A stretch of DNA of 64,000 nucleotides from Candidatus Kapaibacterium sp. (GCA_963664875.1 OY761611.1:2656001-2720000), one strand, 5' to 3'. Positions 49,474 through 59,909 are shown, counted from the stretch's first letter. Made by a program: numbers and translations. Notes: generated from the letters alone by a model not told the origin.

Positions 49474-49905
49474 TTATTGAAGTTTGGCTTCAGTAATTGA
49501 AAGCTGCATTGCTGCCAAAAGTACTGCAGGATCGAGCTTGGCAAAATCAGCATTGATTATTTCTTTTCTGATTTTAGAAAATGAAGAGCAAGAGCATTGT
49601 TTACCTACTATAAGACAAGAAACAAAATCATCGTCTGCATTTACGAAGATAATTTCGTCCGGCTCAAATTCTATATAAAAAGTGCAGTCATGCAATTCGT
49701 GATAGCCGTGCTGAGTTTGCACACTAATCATGCTTCCTGTTGTGTCGCCACCGAGTGAAACATCATTGTGTAGGTTGATTACCATGCTCTGTTGCGTTTT
49801 TTTGTTGCTCATTTGCCAAGTAAAGGCATTGCCGAAATCTTTGGCTTCTGCATCCAAAAATCTTGATATATTGAGTATATCATCTTTGCTGAAAGTATAT
49901 GCCAT
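49474..49905 (-). CDS. hypothetical protein
   Basis: 143-aa ATG ORF co-oriented with ybeY; no motif recognised. Confidence 0.65.
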   Translation of the reverse strand: MAYTFSKDDILNISRFLDAEAKDFGNAFTWQMSNKKTQQSMVINLHNDVSLGGDTTGSMISVQTQHGYHELHDCTFYIEFEPDEIIFVNADDDFVSCLIVGKQCSCSSFSKIRKEIINADFAKLDPAVLLAAMQLSITEAKLQ

Positions 49906-50144
49906 AATATACCTAAATTTAAAAACCGCTTTTCTTTATTATGCTTAGAGACCATAGGCAAAATAATAGTTTTCCAATAAGAAAACAAAAACATATTTAG
50001 CATATATACAAAAACTATCAAAAAATTGTATTATACTTTATTAAATATTTCTTCCTGTTCCTTTTTTGCCTATGATACAGCTCTACATTCATGGTAATTC
50101 TGTCTCTAATATCGAAAGAATATATTATCTAATTTGTTCAATAT

Positions 50145-52337
50145 TTACGGTAAGGGAGTTTCAATATTGTTAAGACACAGATAGAAGGTAGAACCTACAC
50201 CTTGCTTGGACTCGACCCTGATGTTACCGCCTTGAAGTTCAGCAAACTCTTTACAGAGCAAAAGTCCTAAACCTGTACCTTCTTCTCCTTTGGTGCCTTT
50301 GGTTGTATTGTTACTGTCTAATGCAAAAAGCTTGTTTATTTGGTCTTTGGACATACCAATTCCTTGATCCCTGATTATGATTTCAGTGCATTCGTTGTGT
50401 GATGTTTTAGATTCTATAGTAATATCAGTATTATCTTCAGAAAACTTGATAGAATTAGAAAGTAGATTGCGAACTATAGTTGCGGTCAAATTAGGGTCTA
50501 TTATCATTTCTAATTCTGTTTTAACTAAATTATAAACAGTTATATTTTTACTATCTGCATTATTCTTAAGAGAATCCTTCACGTTTTCTACTAATCGGAA
50601 CAAATTTGTTTGCACCGGGTGACATTCAATTTTCCCTCTTTGAGAACGTGACCAAGTGAGTAGGTTTTCCATCAAATTATATACTTTGTCAGTAGAATCT
50701 TTCAAGGAATTGAGGAAGTCAATTCGCTCTTCTTCGCTGAACGAGTGATACTCTTCTACAAGCATGCCGGACATAAGCCTTAGACTCCCTACAGGATTGC
50801 GTAAATCATGGGCAATGATAGAGAACATTTTATCTTTAGCATTATTGGTATCAGTTAACTCAATTTTGGATTCTTCCAAAGCAGTATTTAATAGCTGTAA
50901 GTCTTTATTCTTGCTTTCTAATTGTTTATTTGTTTTTGCTTTATATCTGAATCTTGCATAAAGTAGGATAGCGAGGACGATAACTATACTTATAAGTATA
51001 AATAGTATAAGTCTTTCTCTACCAAGCAGTTTTTTGTCTTTTTCAAGAAGCTGAATTTGATAATCTTTTCTGCTTATACTCTCTTGAGCTTTCAATTTAT
51101 TAAGTCTGTATTTTATATTTTGAATATCCAAAGAGTCTTCTATTTCGTTAAGTTTCATCAAAGGCTCGATAGCCTTTGATTTATCACCAATTAGATAATA
51201 ATATTTGTACAAAGCTTCATTTGCGTTGTGAGCAACGTCCCAAATTGAGTATATAGTGGCAATAGAGTCTGCCTTCTGATAATACTCTAAGGATTTTTTG
51301 AAGTTAGAAATTTTAGAATATATGTAAGCAATATTTGTTAGGACTCTTGCAACTTCTCGGATAGAATTATATTTCGTATATATGTCTAAAGCTTTGAAAT
51401 ATGCTTCAAAGCTATCTTCAAAGTTTTTCTCTATCATGAGATAGTTACCAATACCCTGATAAACCAAGGCAAGATTGATAGAATCCTTTACCGAAGAATA
51501 ATATTTTAGAGCCTTTTCGTAGTTCTCTTTTGATAAATGCAGGTAAAACCTTGCAGAATCATTAAGTGTATAATTGTCTTTTTTGAGATAAACCTGTTCT
51601 ATGTCTTTGAATGACTTTGAAATATGTTTTTGCGACATACGAAGATAGATAGCTCCATAATTTAAAGCTACGCCCGGAGAAAAATCTTTTGGCATTTTCG
51701 GATAAGTATTATTTAGATGTTCGACAAGTTTGTTGTATTCGAGAGCTTGGTCGGTGTCTTCCATTTCAAAATACAAAGAAACTAAATTGGAATACAAAAT
51801 TGTGAGACTGACTGTATCTTTCCTCTTTTCTTTTAGCTCTTTTGATTCAAGATAATAATCTATTGCATTAGCAAACTGCATATTATTTTGATAAAGCATA
51901 CCAAGATTGCCGATACAAACAGAAATACCAAACGTATCTTTATTTGCTCTGTATTGCTCTAAAGCTGCCTGGAAATAATAAGTAGTACTATCAAAATCCT
52001 GTAAGTAATATTTGCTTAGAGCCATATTTTTTAGACCTACTGCAATCAGAGAATCATTTAAAGACTCCAAGGCTAATTTGTATCCAAGCTCTGCAAATTG
52101 ACCTCTTTCAACAGGAGAAATTGGCTCATAAGTGGAAGCAAGCGAAAATATTACTTCAATTTTATCCTTACCTTTTGTCTTTTTAAGTACAGATTTTAAG
52201 CTGTCTATTTTAGAAGCTTGGAGTGGATAGCACAATAGCAATATAAAAAGTATATTTAATAAAAATCTCAAGTAATGCTCCGAAGGCTTATGATTACATT
52301 CTTCTAAAACGTATCTTTCTAAAGAATAGTATTGCAA
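50145..52337 (-). CDS. TPR-repeat membrane sensor histidine kinase (start uncertain)
   Basis: Periplasmic TPRs, TM, FSIIAHDLRNP H-box, RNLLSNSIKF, DQGIGM, GTGLGL. Confidence 0.92.
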   Translation of the reverse strand: MQYYSLERYVLEECNHKPSEHYLRFLLNILFILLLCYPLQASKIDSLKSVLKKTKGKDKIEVIFSLASTYEPISPVERGQFAELGYKLALESLNDSLIAVGLKNMALSKYYLQDFDSTTYYFQAALEQYRANKDTFGISVCIGNLGMLYQNNMQFANAIDYYLESKELKEKRKDTVSLTILYSNLVSLYFEMEDTDQALEYNKLVEHLNNTYPKMPKDFSPGVALNYGAIYLRMSQKHISKSFKDIEQVYLKKDNYTLNDSARFYLHLSKENYEKALKYYSSVKDSINLALVYQGIGNYLMIEKNFEDSFEAYFKALDIYTKYNSIREVARVLTNIAYIYSKISNFKKSLEYYQKADSIATIYSIWDVAHNANEALYKYYYLIGDKSKAIEPLMKLNEIEDSLDIQNIKYRLNKLKAQESISRKDYQIQLLEKDKKLLGRERLILFILISIVIVLAILLYARFRYKAKTNKQLESKNKDLQLLNTALEESKIELTDTNNAKDKMFSIIAHDLRNPVGSLRLMSGMLVEEYHSFSEEERIDFLNSLKDSTDKVYNLMENLLTWSRSQRGKIECHPVQTNLFRLVENVKDSLKNNADSKNITVYNLVKTELEMIIDPNLTATIVRNLLSNSIKFSEDNTDITIESKTSHNECTEIIIRDQGIGMSKDQINKLFALDSNNTTKGTKGEEGTGLGLLLCKEFAELQGGNIRVESKQGVGSTFYLCLNNIETPLP

Positions 52338-52463
52338 TCTAATGCTTTTTACTGATAAGTATCAAAATAAAATAACCAAAAAAGCATTTATTGATTTTGA
52401 AAAAGCTAAAATAATTTAGCTCCAATTCCTTATATTGCAGATAAAAAAATATTTGGGTATGAT

Positions 52464-53528
52464 ATGGATAGCTTAGAAGCAAAATTGAATTTTGATTTTG
52501 AAACCAATCACAAGATTTTGAACAGAATTGCATATATAGATGCTTTCAAAAGCTCTTCTTCTAATTCGGAAAAACTCGGTTCTGCGTTCTACAAATCCAG
52601 AAAAAGGCTAATCGTACCTGATAAAGTATATGCTCTAATAAAAATGGATGTAGGCAATATTGGAGAAGATAAAGTCATTGCTATCCTCACCAAAAAAGAA
52701 GTAGCTGTTTCTGATAAAGAAAATATGGTAATTGCTTTTAGGCAAGCTCTTAGTATTATTGAAAAAAATTATTCGCAAATCAAAATTGCTCCAAATTATC
52801 TCAAAGGTTTACATCAAAGAATACTCAGAGACAGGCAGTCTGAGCTTAACACAAGAGGTAAATACAAATCATCTGCCAATATGTTTATTTCCTTAGACGA
52901 TGCCGGCAATAAAACTATCCTTGCTGATACTGCCGCTCCTGAATTAGTTGAATCCAGAATTGCAGAGCTAATCGAGATGATTAATCTGCATTGTTTAACT
53001 AAAAAGTACCATCCACTCATTTTGACAGCACTTTTTTATTATGAGATTATTTCTATTCATCCATTCCAATCTGCAAACAGCGTGTTTGCTAAACTTATGT
53101 TGAATTTGTTGTTGCTGCAAAATGGATATAACTTTGTTATGTTTACCGCGTTTGAGGCCAGCTTTTTAAGTAAAAAAGAGGACTACTATTCAGCCTTGCT
53201 CTCAGGGTTGAAGATGCGGGGAGAGAGAAGTGAAAATATTGGTCAGTGGCTTCTTTTTATGCTTGATTGTATTATTGCTGAAATCGATATGCTTGCTGCT
53301 GCCAAAAAAGAGTATGATAAAAAAGGAGTTTATCTCAATAAAAGACAAAAAAGAGTAATTGATTTTATCCAAAGCAATCAGCCTATAAAACTTGCCGACT
53401 TATCGGATAAGTTCAAAAAAATATCTATCAATACTCTCAAAAAGGATTTGGCGTACCTCAAAAACGAAAATGTGGTTGCCTCACAAGGTAAAAACAAAGG
53501 CACTGTTTACTACATCAGCAAAGATTAG
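52464..53528 (+). CDS. Fic-domain protein with degenerate catalytic motif and C-terminal winged HTH
   Basis: LHQRIL, RGKYK, HPLI, IHPFQSANSVFAK, LLLQNGY; SINTLKKDLAYL...GKNKGTVY wHTH. Confidence 0.8.
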   Translation: MDSLEAKLNFDFETNHKILNRIAYIDAFKSSSSNSEKLGSAFYKSRKRLIVPDKVYALIKMDVGNIGEDKVIAILTKKEVAVSDKENMVIAFRQALSIIEKNYSQIKIAPNYLKGLHQRILRDRQSELNTRGKYKSSANMFISLDDAGNKTILADTAAPELVESRIAELIEMINLHCLTKKYHPLILTALFYYEIISIHPFQSANSVFAKLMLNLLLLQNGYNFVMFTAFEASFLSKKEDYYSALLSGLKMRGERSENIGQWLLFMLDCIIAEIDMLAAAKKEYDKKGVYLNKRQKRVIDFIQSNQPIKLADLSDKFKKISINTLKKDLAYLKNENVVASQGKNKGTVYYISKD

Positions 53529-53560
53529 TAGAGTTCAAAAGAAACTATCTATAGATTATA

Positions 53561-54832
53561 TTACAAAATAATTTTGTGATAGTATGTACTCTTTGAAGTT
53601 CTGACTGTAATAAATACAAGCCCACTCAGCTCATCAGGTATTTGGATTTCAAAATTGTTATCGGAATTGACAGAAGTAATAATCTGTCCCAATGAATTAT
53701 AAAAGCAAATTTCTGCCGACTCATTTATATCCCTGCAAATTAGTTTGTTGTCTGAAACATAAAATTGTAGGGTAGAGCATGACCTGTCATTCACCGAGCT
53801 TTGTTGCATGACAGCTTGAAGTTGATCCCAGATGCTGTTTACTAAAGAAATGGAAACTGCTGCCTTATCATTAGACTCTCCCATTCTTACAACAACTAAA
53901 TCTAAACTTGGGATAATTAAAAGTATCTGACCGTTTTTGCCAAGAGCTGCAAATGCGTCTTTAGGAACCTTTTGGAACAAATGCGATTTGAAAACAAGGC
54001 TGCTACCGGGGAGCATACATTCACCTTTCCCGTTTAACCACCAAAGATAGCCGTAAGATTTATTATTCGGCTGGGATGTACTAATCATGCTCTCAATATA
54101 ATTTGCATCTTGCATAATCAAATTGCCGTCCCATTCGCCTCTATTGATAATCAGAGAGCCAAATCGTGCAAATGCTCTTGGTTTGCTGAAAAATACAATA
54201 TTATCTCCTGAAGGAAGGAATGCTCCTTCTATCCCCGTAAACTTACTAAGCGAATTATATAGAAAGATGTTGACTTTTTTTTCTGACGCAGCTTCGAGTA
54301 CCTGATGCAAAAGCGTATATGGGGCGTTATGGTAGTACCATTCCGAACCGGCATCTGCTTTATAAGTCAGACATTCAGGTAAAGTGCAGTCTAAATTACC
54401 TGTTACTTCAAATCCGCAACTCATGCTTAGTTGGTGCTTGATTGTTATCAAGTCTTCTTTAGCTATTGGCAGGCTTGTCCAATTTTTCCCTAAATAGTCT
54501 GATGTTTTATTATTTATATCAAGCAGCTTATTTTCCTGCGCCAAGCCTACCAAGAATGAAGTAAGCGATTTGCCGGCAGATGCCCAGTACCAAATACTGT
54601 CGGAAGTAAATCCATCGAAGTATTCTTCTATAGCAATTTTACCTGATTTAAGCACTATAAATGCTTTAGTATTCCATGAATGCAAACTGTCTTTAAGTAT
54701 CGGGAGATTACTTTCTGACCAGCCTAACTCATTAAACTCAACATTTTCCCATTCTTCTGTTCCATTCGGAGGGAAATAGTAGTCCGCAGAGACAGTGTCA
54801 AAAAACAGCAAGAACACTATAATTAGTTTCAT
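53561..54832 (-). CDS. secreted serine hydrolase (class C beta-lactamase-like family) with T9SS-like tail
   Basis: WASAGKS (SxxK), YYHN, YGYLWWLN, ALGKNGQ; tail FYNSLGQ...SGLVFITV...HKIIL. Confidence 0.85.
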   Translation of the reverse strand: MKLIIVFLLFFDTVSADYYFPPNGTEEWENVEFNELGWSESNLPILKDSLHSWNTKAFIVLKSGKIAIEEYFDGFTSDSIWYWASAGKSLTSFLVGLAQENKLLDINNKTSDYLGKNWTSLPIAKEDLITIKHQLSMSCGFEVTGNLDCTLPECLTYKADAGSEWYYHNAPYTLLHQVLEAASEKKVNIFLYNSLSKFTGIEGAFLPSGDNIVFFSKPRAFARFGSLIINRGEWDGNLIMQDANYIESMISTSQPNNKSYGYLWWLNGKGECMLPGSSLVFKSHLFQKVPKDAFAALGKNGQILLIIPSLDLVVVRMGESNDKAAVSISLVNSIWDQLQAVMQQSSVNDRSCSTLQFYVSDNKLICRDINESAEICFYNSLGQIITSVNSDNNFEIQIPDELSGLVFITVRTSKSTYYHKIIL

Positions 54833-54947
54833 CAGTTCACTCTCTCTTATTGGCATATAATGTAATGACGCTTTATGTTGGATATATTGAACACAGAAAA
54901 AGTTGGACTTGGCATAATTTTTATACAGTAGAAAGTGGAGGAATAAA

Positions 54948-56036
54948 ATGGCTGAGAATAAGGACGGTCAAGAGAAGACGGAACAGGCGACGGCCAAGCG
55001 TCTAACGGACGCTCGCGAAAAAGGCCAGGTCGCCAAAAGTCAAGACGTAACAACCGCCGGCGTGCTGCTGGTGGGCACTCTTGTTGTATTCCTTTTTGGC
55101 CCTTCGATAGCTCAATCAATTCGTGGTTTTATGACAACTGTACTCCATAACTCCGCCTATTATGAAATAAGCGACAGCAATGTAGTCTTTTATTTTAATG
55201 CTTTGATGGGCTTTTTTGTCAAGATATTGCTTCCATTGTTATTGGTGGTTTTCGCAATCACTTTTGTGGGTGAAGTCAGCCAGATAGGTATAAAAATAGC
55301 CACCAAAAAATTTACAGAAGGCTTGCAGTTCAAACAAATATTCAATCCGTTTTCCGGAATAAAAAAAATATTCTTTTCTTCACGCTCTCTATTCGAACTC
55401 GGTAAAAGTTTAGCCAAAATCTTTATTCTTGGTTTGGTAGTGTATTCAGTTCTTAATGGAAAAGATGAGGACATTGTTGCTTTGCTTGAAAAGCCATTTA
55501 CAGAAATGTCAAATTTTATGTTTTCTCTTAGTTTCGAGCTTGCAATCAAAGTTGGTGTAGTTTATATCATAATAGCTGTTTCTGATTTTTACTATCAGAA
55601 ATGGCGATTTGCAGAAGATATGAAAATGACTAAAAAGGAAGTTAAAGAAGAGTCAAAACAAACAGAAGGTGATCCTCAGATTAAAGCTCGCTTGCGTGGA
55701 CTGATGCGTCAAAGGATGAGAAAAATGATGCTAAGAAAAGTGCAGGATGCTGACGTAGTTATCACCAACCCAACTCACTTCGCAGTGGCACTTCAATATA
55801 AACAGGGACAAATTGGGGCTCCTGTGCTTATAGCAAAAGGAGCTGATTTTCTTGCAAAACAAATCAGAGAGATAGCCGAAAAGGCAGATGTAGTCATAGT
55901 TGAAGATCCGCCTTTATGTCGTATGATTTACCACAATGTCGAACTGGATGCAGAAATACCAGAGGAGCTATTCAAAGCGGTGGCACAGGTGCTTGCTTAC
56001 GTCTATCATTTCAAAGAGCAGAGAAAGAAAAATTAG
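54948..56036 (+). CDS. flhB: flagellar export apparatus protein FlhB
   Basis: EKTEQATAKRL..AREKGQVAKS, MKMTKKEVKEE, EGDPQIK, ITNPTHFAVAL autocleavage motif. Confidence 0.93.
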   Translation: MAENKDGQEKTEQATAKRLTDAREKGQVAKSQDVTTAGVLLVGTLVVFLFGPSIAQSIRGFMTTVLHNSAYYEISDSNVVFYFNALMGFFVKILLPLLLVVFAITFVGEVSQIGIKIATKKFTEGLQFKQIFNPFSGIKKIFFSSRSLFELGKSLAKIFILGLVVYSVLNGKDEDIVALLEKPFTEMSNFMFSLSFELAIKVGVVYIIIAVSDFYYQKWRFAEDMKMTKKEVKEESKQTEGDPQIKARLRGLMRQRMRKMMLRKVQDADVVITNPTHFAVALQYKQGQIGAPVLIAKGADFLAKQIREIAEKADVVIVEDPPLCRMIYHNVELDAEIPEELFKAVAQVLAYVYHFKEQRKKN

Positions 56037-56079
56037 ACTTTATTATGCTCAGTGATTAGAAACACTCTCTCAAAGATTC

Positions 56080-56490
56080 CTATACCTCTGAAAGGATACT
56101 TTCATTACGAATATAATCCAATTCTCGGAGAATCTTTTTCTCAGTCTCGTTCAAGATGTTTTCTCTGATAGTCGCTGTATTATAGTTTGAAATTATATGA
56201 TAATATGGCGAACCCAAATCGGAGTTTAGGCTAATAACCGTACTTTCCAAATCGAACTTCTTAGGAATCAAACTACCGTTGTATATCAATTTGTTGTTTT
56301 CGATAGTCAACTTCGGAATTTTTAAAAGATTTTTGAGAATGCAAGCTAAAACAAAAGCTGTATTGATTAGGACTCCAAGAAGAATTATACCAAGCAGGAA
56401 ACCAAAATCGCTTGAAACTAATAATGCGATTGCAAGTATTAGTATCAAATTTGTCAGAATATTTATCTTGGAGCAGTTCTTCATTTTCAT
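56080..56490 (-). CDS. hypothetical membrane protein
   Basis: Two TM segments and a short soluble tail; ATG 56490. Confidence 0.5.
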   Translation of the reverse strand: MKMKNCSKINILTNLILILAIALLVSSDFGFLLGIILLGVLINTAFVLACILKNLLKIPKLTIENNKLIYNGSLIPKKFDLESTVISLNSDLGSPYYHIISNYNTATIRENILNETEKKILRELDYIRNESILSEV

Positions 56491-56564
56491 GGAGTGGTGA
56501 TTTATTACAGTATTGTATTTGTAAAATAAGAAAAATAAATCACAGAGAAAAATATTATTAGGAA

Positions 56565-57185
56565 TTAAGGGCAAAACTTTTCCACAGTTTTTCTTATCAA
56601 TTCTGTGGAAAATCCTTTAGAATTCAAGTAGTTATAAAGTGAAGCTTTTTGTTTGTCTCGGGGTTTGTTGCTGATTAAGTTCATTTTTTTGGTTGCTGCT
56701 TTCTCAGCGAACTCTTCTTCGTATTCATAAGGATAAGCTGCTTTGAGAGCTTCGTCGCAAACATAAGAAGAGACTCCGAAACTTTTAAGCATAGCACGTA
56801 TTTTTAGAGGGCCGTTCTCCTTTTTTAAAAGTGAATCTTTGATATAGGCGATTGCAAATTTGTTATCGTCAATTAGCGAAAACTCAAACAGGAAATCTAA
56901 ACAGGAGGTAACAAGTTCAGGAGGATAATTTTCTTCTAATTTACGACGGATTTGCCATTCAGACCTCAATCGGTAGCTTGAATAGTTGTATGCGTCTTGT
57001 TTTGCAGCTATGAACAAATGTTTTGCTCTCAAGTCATCTAACTCGGGTATCGAAATATCCATCCCTTTTTTCAAATTTGCCGCTGTAACAATATCCATAT
57101 CTAATTCTATGTAGTCGGAGGTGTCAAAAGTTACGACACAAACTCTTTTAGTTTTTTTATATTTTATAGATTCAATTATTGGCAT
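56565..57185 (-). CDS. recX: regulatory protein RecX
   Basis: SYRLRSEWQIRRKL, IDDNKFA, GPLKIRAMLKSFGV, YLNSKGFS. Confidence 0.85.
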   Translation of the reverse strand: MPIIESIKYKKTKRVCVVTFDTSDYIELDMDIVTAANLKKGMDISIPELDDLRAKHLFIAAKQDAYNYSSYRLRSEWQIRRKLEENYPPELVTSCLDFLFEFSLIDDNKFAIAYIKDSLLKKENGPLKIRAMLKSFGVSSYVCDEALKAAYPYEYEEEFAEKAATKKMNLISNKPRDKQKASLYNYLNSKGFSTELIRKTVEKFCP

Positions 57186-57381
57186 GTAACAGGTGTCTTG
57201 TTTAAATGAAAAATAAAAATGATTTGTAAAACTGCAAATCGGATAAATGCAAATATAAGAAATATCGGACTTTCTATATAGTTCGTCCAGCATTAGTCCC
57301 AAGCTATCTGAATAGCTCAACTCAAATTAGTATGATGAGGAATAATTTTATATATTGTAGTGAAAATATGGGAGAACATAG

Positions 57382-57669
57382 ATGAAGAAAATACTTTTTG
57401 CCTTAGTGCTTTGTTTGACTTTGTATTCATGCGACGAAACACCGGATATAGATAAAGAGCATTTTATTAACGCTTACCGTGAAATATTGCTTGCTCGCGA
57501 ATCAATTGCTGATTCTGTAGCTGCCAATAAAGAAGTGCAAATGATCCTTACCAAATATGATTATACTATGGAGACATTTGCTAAAGAGTATCAGGATTTA
57601 ATGTCAGGAGATAGCCAGATTTATGGGATTATTGATTCTTTAAGAAAAGAATTTAGAGCAAAATATTGA
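57382..57669 (+). CDS. small lipoprotein (DUF4296-like)
   Basis: Lipobox LYSC; helical, ILTKYDYTMETF. Confidence 0.6.
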   Translation: MKKILFALVLCLTLYSCDETPDIDKEHFINAYREILLARESIADSVAANKEVQMILTKYDYTMETFAKEYQDLMSGDSQIYGIIDSLRKEFRAKY

Positions 57670-57834
57670 TGGTTTCTGCTGCTCAATGAATGAGATATAA
57701 AAATCAGATAAAACAATGAAAGTCTATGTTTTTTAAATCTTAGATTTTAACATAAAATATATCTCTTACTATCGAGTTATATATTAGATATAATCAATTC
57801 TTTTTTTTAGCTTGTAAAGCATTGAGCATCTTTT

Positions 57835-58998
57835 ATGACTAACCTGATATGGAGGGCTTCGCAAATGGATAAGTCAAACTTTTCAGCGCTTGTAGGAAGG
57901 TCTGCACCTGAGGAACTTCAAAAACACATAGGATATTTTAACTCCGGCTCAGTTTATCAAGAGCTTTTTGACAGGATTCCCGAACTGATTCTGATATTAA
58001 ATAAATACAGAGAATCAGTATTTATAAATAAAAAAACAAAAGAGCTACTTCAGGTAGATAATCCTCTTGATATTTATGGTAAGAGGCCCGGAGAGATATT
58101 CGGATGCTTGCATGCAGAGGATGTTGACAGTGGTTGCGGAGATGCACTTGCCTGCAAATACTGCGGAGCAGTAATCTCAATAAAAGCTGCACAGGGTGGA
58201 GATAATAATGAAAACGAATGCCTGATACTTACAAAAAATAATCTGGATGCTTATGAGATGCGAGTGTCTTCTTCTGCTTTAGAGCTAAATGATGAATCAT
58301 TTGTGGTATTTACACTTGCTGATATAAGTGATACAAAAAGAAAACAGCTACTTGAAAGAATATTTTTCCACGATTTGATGAATACAGCCACCGGAATCTC
58401 TACACTTTCTCATCTGCTTAATATAAAGTTGCCTGATGAATACTCCAAATATAAACAGCTCGCAGGCGATTACTCTAATAAACTGATAGATGAAATCAAA
58501 TCACAAAGACAGATAATCGCTGCAGAAAACGGGAATTTGTCTCTAGAAATTGGCGATACCGTGTCTTGTGAAATAATCAGCAATACTGCAAATATGGCTA
58601 TGTTATATAATTTGCAGGACGAACAATTGGAAATTGACAGGGAAATGGAGAAGATTAGCTTCAAAACAGATAGGGCAATACTTGCAAGGGTTCTTACTAA
58701 TCTGATAAAAAATGCATACGAAGCTGAGTACAAAGGTGGCAAAATTACTGTTTCATGTTCCAAAAAAGATGAGAATACAATTTGTTTTAGTGTAAACAAC
58801 CCAAGTGTAATGCCGGAAAGTATTCGTGAGCAAGTCTTCAAACGTTCTTTTTCAACAAAAGGAGCAGGACGAGGACTCGGCACTTACAGCATAAAGCTAC
58901 TTACTGAGAAATATCTAAAAGGCAAAGTCTATTTTGAGAGCAAAGAACCAATAGGAACAACCTTTTATGTCGAATTGCCGGTTGATTTAGGTAGTTGA
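57835..58998 (+). CDS. cytoplasmic PAS-like sensor histidine kinase with Cys cluster
   Basis: RPGEIFGCLHA...GCGDALACKYCG; FFHDLMN, NLIKNAYEA, FSTKGAGRGLGTY. Confidence 0.88.
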   Translation: MTNLIWRASQMDKSNFSALVGRSAPEELQKHIGYFNSGSVYQELFDRIPELILILNKYRESVFINKKTKELLQVDNPLDIYGKRPGEIFGCLHAEDVDSGCGDALACKYCGAVISIKAAQGGDNNENECLILTKNNLDAYEMRVSSSALELNDESFVVFTLADISDTKRKQLLERIFFHDLMNTATGISTLSHLLNIKLPDEYSKYKQLAGDYSNKLIDEIKSQRQIIAAENGNLSLEIGDTVSCEIISNTANMAMLYNLQDEQLEIDREMEKISFKTDRAILARVLTNLIKNAYEAEYKGGKITVSCSKKDENTICFSVNNPSVMPESIREQVFKRSFSTKGAGRGLGTYSIKLLTEKYLKGKVYFESKEPIGTTFYVELPVDLGS

Positions 58999-59222
58999 GT
59001 AGGAAGGAATTATTCCTAGGCTAAATTTGCTCTATATTAGAGCGGATATATAAAAGAAGGATTTCTTGGGAGCAAGTATTTTGGATTGTTCGATAAAATG
59101 TGTGAATAATATTTTTAGAAATAAATATATTTGTTGATAACTAAATTGGGTGTTTCAATTCAAAGAAAAAATACCCAATCATTTTGAAGCAGAAGATTTA
59201 TTTATATTCGATCTTAAATACA

Positions 59223-59903
59223 ATGATTATACAGGCTACTGACTTAAAAAAATCTTACTACAACGGCAAAAATGCTACTGAAGTGATCAAGGGAATAAAC
59301 CTTAATGTGCATCATGGAGAATATCTTGCTTTAGTTGGTCCATCCGGTGCCGGGAAAAGCACTTTGCTTTATTTGATAAGCTCACTCGAAAAAACTGATT
59401 CAGGTAAAATTCTTTTTAATCTTGACTCGTCTTCATTTAATATTATTGATTTGAACAAAGAAAAGATAGCTGAGATTAGAAACAAGTACATCGGGTTTAT
59501 TTTTCAGTTCCATCATCTTATGCCGGAATTTAATGCACTTGAAAATGTTATGATTCCAGGAATGATTGCCGGCACAGCTAAAGCTAAACTTAAAGAAAAA
59601 GCCCTTTATCTGCTGGATAAAGTCGGAGTATCACATAGGCTCGACCATAAGCCCAGCGAGCTTTCGGGAGGCGAACAGCAGCGTGTAGCTATTGCACGCT
59701 CTCTGATTAACAATCCCAAAATCCTATTTGCGGACGAACCGACGGGCAATCTTGATACAAAAAATTCTGAATCTTTTCTCGAACTAATCAGTACTATTAA
59801 AAAAGAATATAATCTGACTGTTGTTACAGCTACTCACTCAAAAGAAATAGCTGCAGCTGCAGACAGAATTGTTACAATTGAAGATGGATACATTAAGGAA
59901 TAA
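59223..59903 (+). CDS. lolD: LolD-like ABC transporter ATP-binding protein
   Basis: [51 protein letters not shown]. Confidence 0.75.
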   Translation: MIIQATDLKKSYYNGKNATEVIKGINLNVHHGEYLALVGPSGAGKSTLLYLISSLEKTDSGKILFNLDSSSFNIIDLNKEKIAEIRNKYIGFIFQFHHLMPEFNALENVMIPGMIAGTAKAKLKEKALYLLDKVGVSHRLDHKPSELSGGEQQRVAIARSLINNPKILFADEPTGNLDTKNSESFLELISTIKKEYNLTVVTATHSKEIAAAADRIVTIEDGYIKE

Positions 59904-59909
59904 AAAATT

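Noticed and set aside
53561-54832. Antibiotic-resistance beta-lactamase
   Set aside because: SxxK/YxN family membership alone does not show beta-lactam hydrolysis; most such proteins are esterases or peptidases.
54847-55119. 90-aa antisense ORF over the flhB start
   Set aside because: Explained by the locally high GC (few stops); no recognisable protein features.
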